In this document: one piece after another, positions 27,310-29,396 of the stretch
How positions within the stretch are numbered: the stretch's first letter is position 1
How the letters are laid out: each line of letters begins with the position of its first letter
Source: Candidatus Tenderia sp.
Lineage (GTDB): Bacteria > Pseudomonadota > Gammaproteobacteria > Tenderiales > Tenderiaceae
Direction: 5' to 3'
Assembly: GCA_031416075.1 (NCBI GenBank)
Contig: JANOSY010000019.1
Coordinates: forward strand, 1 to 29,396
DNA: 29,396 nt
Made by a program: the position numbers and the translations under genes
Notes under the pieces: model-generated
The model's input: the letters and a program-made list of their open reading frames with translations, nothing else
The model's database searches: none
Told to the model about the DNA's origin: nothing

Positions 27310-28566
27310 ATGAATCTAACCGAACTAAAAAAAATGACCGCAGCCGAGCTTATCGAGCTGTCGATGGAGATGGGCCTTGAGAATATGGCCCGTAGTCGTA
27401 AGCAGGACATAATTTTTGCTGTCTTGAAAGGGCACGCCAAAAAGGGTGAGCCAATCTCCGGGGATGGTGTGTTGGAGATATTGCAGGATGGTTTTGGCTT
27501 TTTGCGCTCTGCAGACTGCTCATATCTTGCCGGGCCTGATGATATCTATGTATCGCCCAGTCAGATTCGTCGTTTTAATCTTCGCACGGGTGACAGTGTC
27601 ACCGGCAAGATTCGCCCACCTAAGGAGGGTGAACGTTATTTTGCGTTGTTGAAAGTTGATTTGATCAATTTCGAGCCGCCTGAGAACTCTAAAAACAAAG
27701 TATTGTTTGAGAATCTTACCCCGCTGTTTGCCAATCAGCGCCTCAAGGTGGAGCAGGGCAATGGCAGTACTGAAGATTTGACTGCTCGTGTGATTGAGCT
27801 GGTGGCACCTACCGGTAAAGGTCAGCGGGCCATGATTGTTTCTCCGCCTAAAGCGGGTAAGACTATGATGTTACAGAACATTGCCCAATCCATCGCTGCC
27901 AATCACCCAGAGTGTTATCTGATCGTCTTACTTATCGACGAGCGTCCCGAAGAGGTGACAGAGATGTTGCGTTCTGTGCGTGGTGAGGTGGTTGCCAGTA
28001 CCTTTGATGAGCCTGCCAGCCGTCATGTACAAGTGGCGGAGATGGTCATTGAGAAGGCCAAACGTCTGGTTGAGCATAAACGTGATGTGGTGATTTTGCT
28101 TGATTCGATTACCCGTCTGGCGCGTGCTTACAATACGGTTATTCCTTCGTCAGGCAAGGTATTGACAGGGGGTGTCGATGCCAACGCCCTGCACCGTCCA
28201 AAGCGCTTCTTTGGTGCTGCCCGTAACATCGAAGAGGGTGGCAGTTTGACGATTATTGCTACGGCGCTGGTTGAAACTGGCTCACGTATGGATGATGTAA
28301 TTTACGAAGAGTTCAAGGGTACCGGTAACATGGAGTTACACCTTGATCGTAAGATTGCTGAAAGACGTGTCTATCCGGCTATCAATATCAATCGTTCGGG
28401 TACCCGTCGTGAAGAGTTGCTTACTAAGCAGGATGAGTTGCAGAAGATGTGGATTCTGCGCAAGCTGCTGCATCCGATGGATGAGTTGGCGGCGATGGAG
28501 TTTCTGCTCGATAAGCTTAAGGATACCAAGACTAACGATGAGTTTTTTGACTCGATGAGACGTTAG
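27310..28566 (+). CDS. rho: transcription termination factor Rho
   Basis: Motifs [50 protein letters not shown] and GTGNME. Confidence 0.99.
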   Translation: MNLTELKKMTAAELIELSMEMGLENMARSRKQDIIFAVLKGHAKKGEPISGDGVLEILQDGFGFLRSADCSYLAGPDDIYVSPSQIRRFNLRTGDSVTGKIRPPKEGERYFALLKVDLINFEPPENSKNKVLFENLTPLFANQRLKVEQGNGSTEDLTARVIELVAPTGKGQRAMIVSPPKAGKTMMLQNIAQSIAANHPECYLIVLLIDERPEEVTEMLRSVRGEVVASTFDEPASRHVQVAEMVIEKAKRLVEHKRDVVILLDSITRLARAYNTVIPSSGKVLTGGVDANALHRPKRFFGAARNIEEGGSLTIIATALVETGSRMDDVIYEEFKGTGNMELHLDRKIAERRVYPAININRSGTRREELLTKQDELQKMWILRKLLHPMDELAAMEFLLDKLKDTKTNDEFFDSMRR

Positions 28567-28765
28567 TCAGCCATCTAAGTGAATGGTGGGTCTTAGAGCC
28601 TATTCCAAATCTTTCTGACTTCTTCTCAAGAGCAGCACGAGGAAAGCCAGATTCACAAATTGCAGGCTGGTATTGAGTTGTCGTTCGCAGTTTTTCCATA
28701 ACCTCCGACATTTTTCAATCCAGGCAAACGAACGTTCGACGACCCAGCGCTGCGGTATGACAGCA

Positions 28766-28788
28766 CCAAAAGTAGGCGCCTCTAGGCG
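28766..28788 (-). repeat. 23-bp insert, copy 1 (CGCCTAGAGGCGCCTACTTTTGG on the - strand)
   Basis: Interrupts codon TT|T of HTFAVIP and introduces an in-frame TAG; exact reverse complement of 29292-29314. Confidence 0.93.
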
Positions 28789-29160
28789 AAGGTGTGTAGC
28801 TCATTGCGCTTCGCAATCTCCACGGAGGCGCCCAATAGCTCTCGCACTCCATCGGCAAAAGGCTGTCCGGTATAACCCCCGTCAGCCAGGACATTGACAA
28901 CTCTGGACAGCGTTTTTTTGTGCATAGTAAACGCCTCCAGTGCCCCTGCCCTATCCGTGACATCCGCCGTCGTAACTGCTATCGCATGAGGTAAGCCTTG
29001 GGTATCCACCGCAATATGGCGCTTGATGCCCGAAACCTTTTTACCTGCGTCGTAGCCTTTCTGTTCTGCCGTATCGGTGTTTTTGACGCTTTGGCTATCT
29101 ACGATCAGGAAGGTTGTGCTCTCGCTCCGTCCATTGTTTATACGGGCCTCGCCAACCACA

Positions 29161-29170
29161 TTTTTTTAAA
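29161..29170 (-). other. probable programmed -1 frameshift site of the IS5 transposase
   Basis: Minus strand TTT-AAAAAAA joins ORF A (..ALKK) to ORF B (KNVVGEAR..) in the -1 frame. Confidence 0.75.
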
Positions 29171-29291
29171 GCCTGCTCCAGCAGACTTGGCTCATCTTCC
29201 GACGGCTTTTCTTTCCATAGCTTGAAGTAGTGATACACCGTGCTTTTCGCAGGAAAATCACTCGGTAACATGTCCCATTGACAGCCACTTT

Positions 29292-29314
29292 CGCCTAGAG
29301 GCGCCTACTTTTGG
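29292..29314 (+). repeat. 23-bp insert, copy 2 (CGCCTAGAGGCGCCTACTTTTGG on the + strand)
   Basis: Interrupts the Lys codon of ILKSGCQW; removing it restores the frame. Confidence 0.93.
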
Positions 29315-29396
29315 TAAGAATATACAGAATCGCGCAAAACACCTCGTATAAATCGACTTGCCGAGGCCGCGTCTTCTTTCTTGCGCTTTCAAGTAA

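Larger units (their letters stand above)
28596..29396 (-). mobile_element. IS5-family (IS1301-like) element, 5' end outside the window; transposase disrupted
   Basis: ORF A reads LLESARKKTRPRQVDLYEVFCAILYIL/KSGCQWDMLPSDFP...LEQALKK. ORF B reads VDSQSVK..GYDAGKKVSGIKRH..LADGGY..HTF/AVIPQRWVVERSFAW..RRL and stops at 28600-28602. Probable terminal IR GAGCCTATTCCAAATCT from 28596, flanked by TTA. Confidence 0.93.

Noticed and set aside
28766-29314. The 23-bp repeats as a CRISPR array or as the IS terminal inverted repeats
   Set aside because: Only two copies, inverted and 503 bp apart, with no cas genes. They lie inside the coding sequence, whereas the probable IS end is at 28596.
1-29396. Composite transposon spanning the window
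   Set aside because: The flanking IS elements belong to different families and enclose core genes in canonical synteny.

Overview
Gammaproteobacterial chromosomal segment bounded by insertion-sequence fragments: the 3' end of an IS630-family element on the left and a disrupted IS5-family (IS1301-like) element on the right. The housekeeping blocks are pgl, rlmI-lgt-thyA-folA, fbp, cytochrome c-thiD-thiE-hemL and mtnB-rhlB/trxA-rho. Between them lies an ~11-kb accessory locus (5962-17039) of two convergent gene runs. The + strand carries a non-canonical thiamine-diphosphate (ThDP) enzyme, a TonB-dependent receptor and two overlapping citrate-synthase-fold genes with altered catalytic residues. 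The - strand carries a periplasmic binding protein, a HAMP histidine kinase and a REC-REC-PAS-GGDEF-EAL protein, preceded by a secreted LVIVD-repeat protein. Sigma-28-like promoters sit upstream of both the ThDP enzyme and the c-di-GMP enzyme. I infer a candidate small-molecule synthesis-and-sensing system. Separately, the IS5 transposase is interrupted twice by an identical 23-bp insert in opposite orientations with no target duplication, and removing both inserts restores its reading frames. All calls come from motif recognition by eye; no searches were run.
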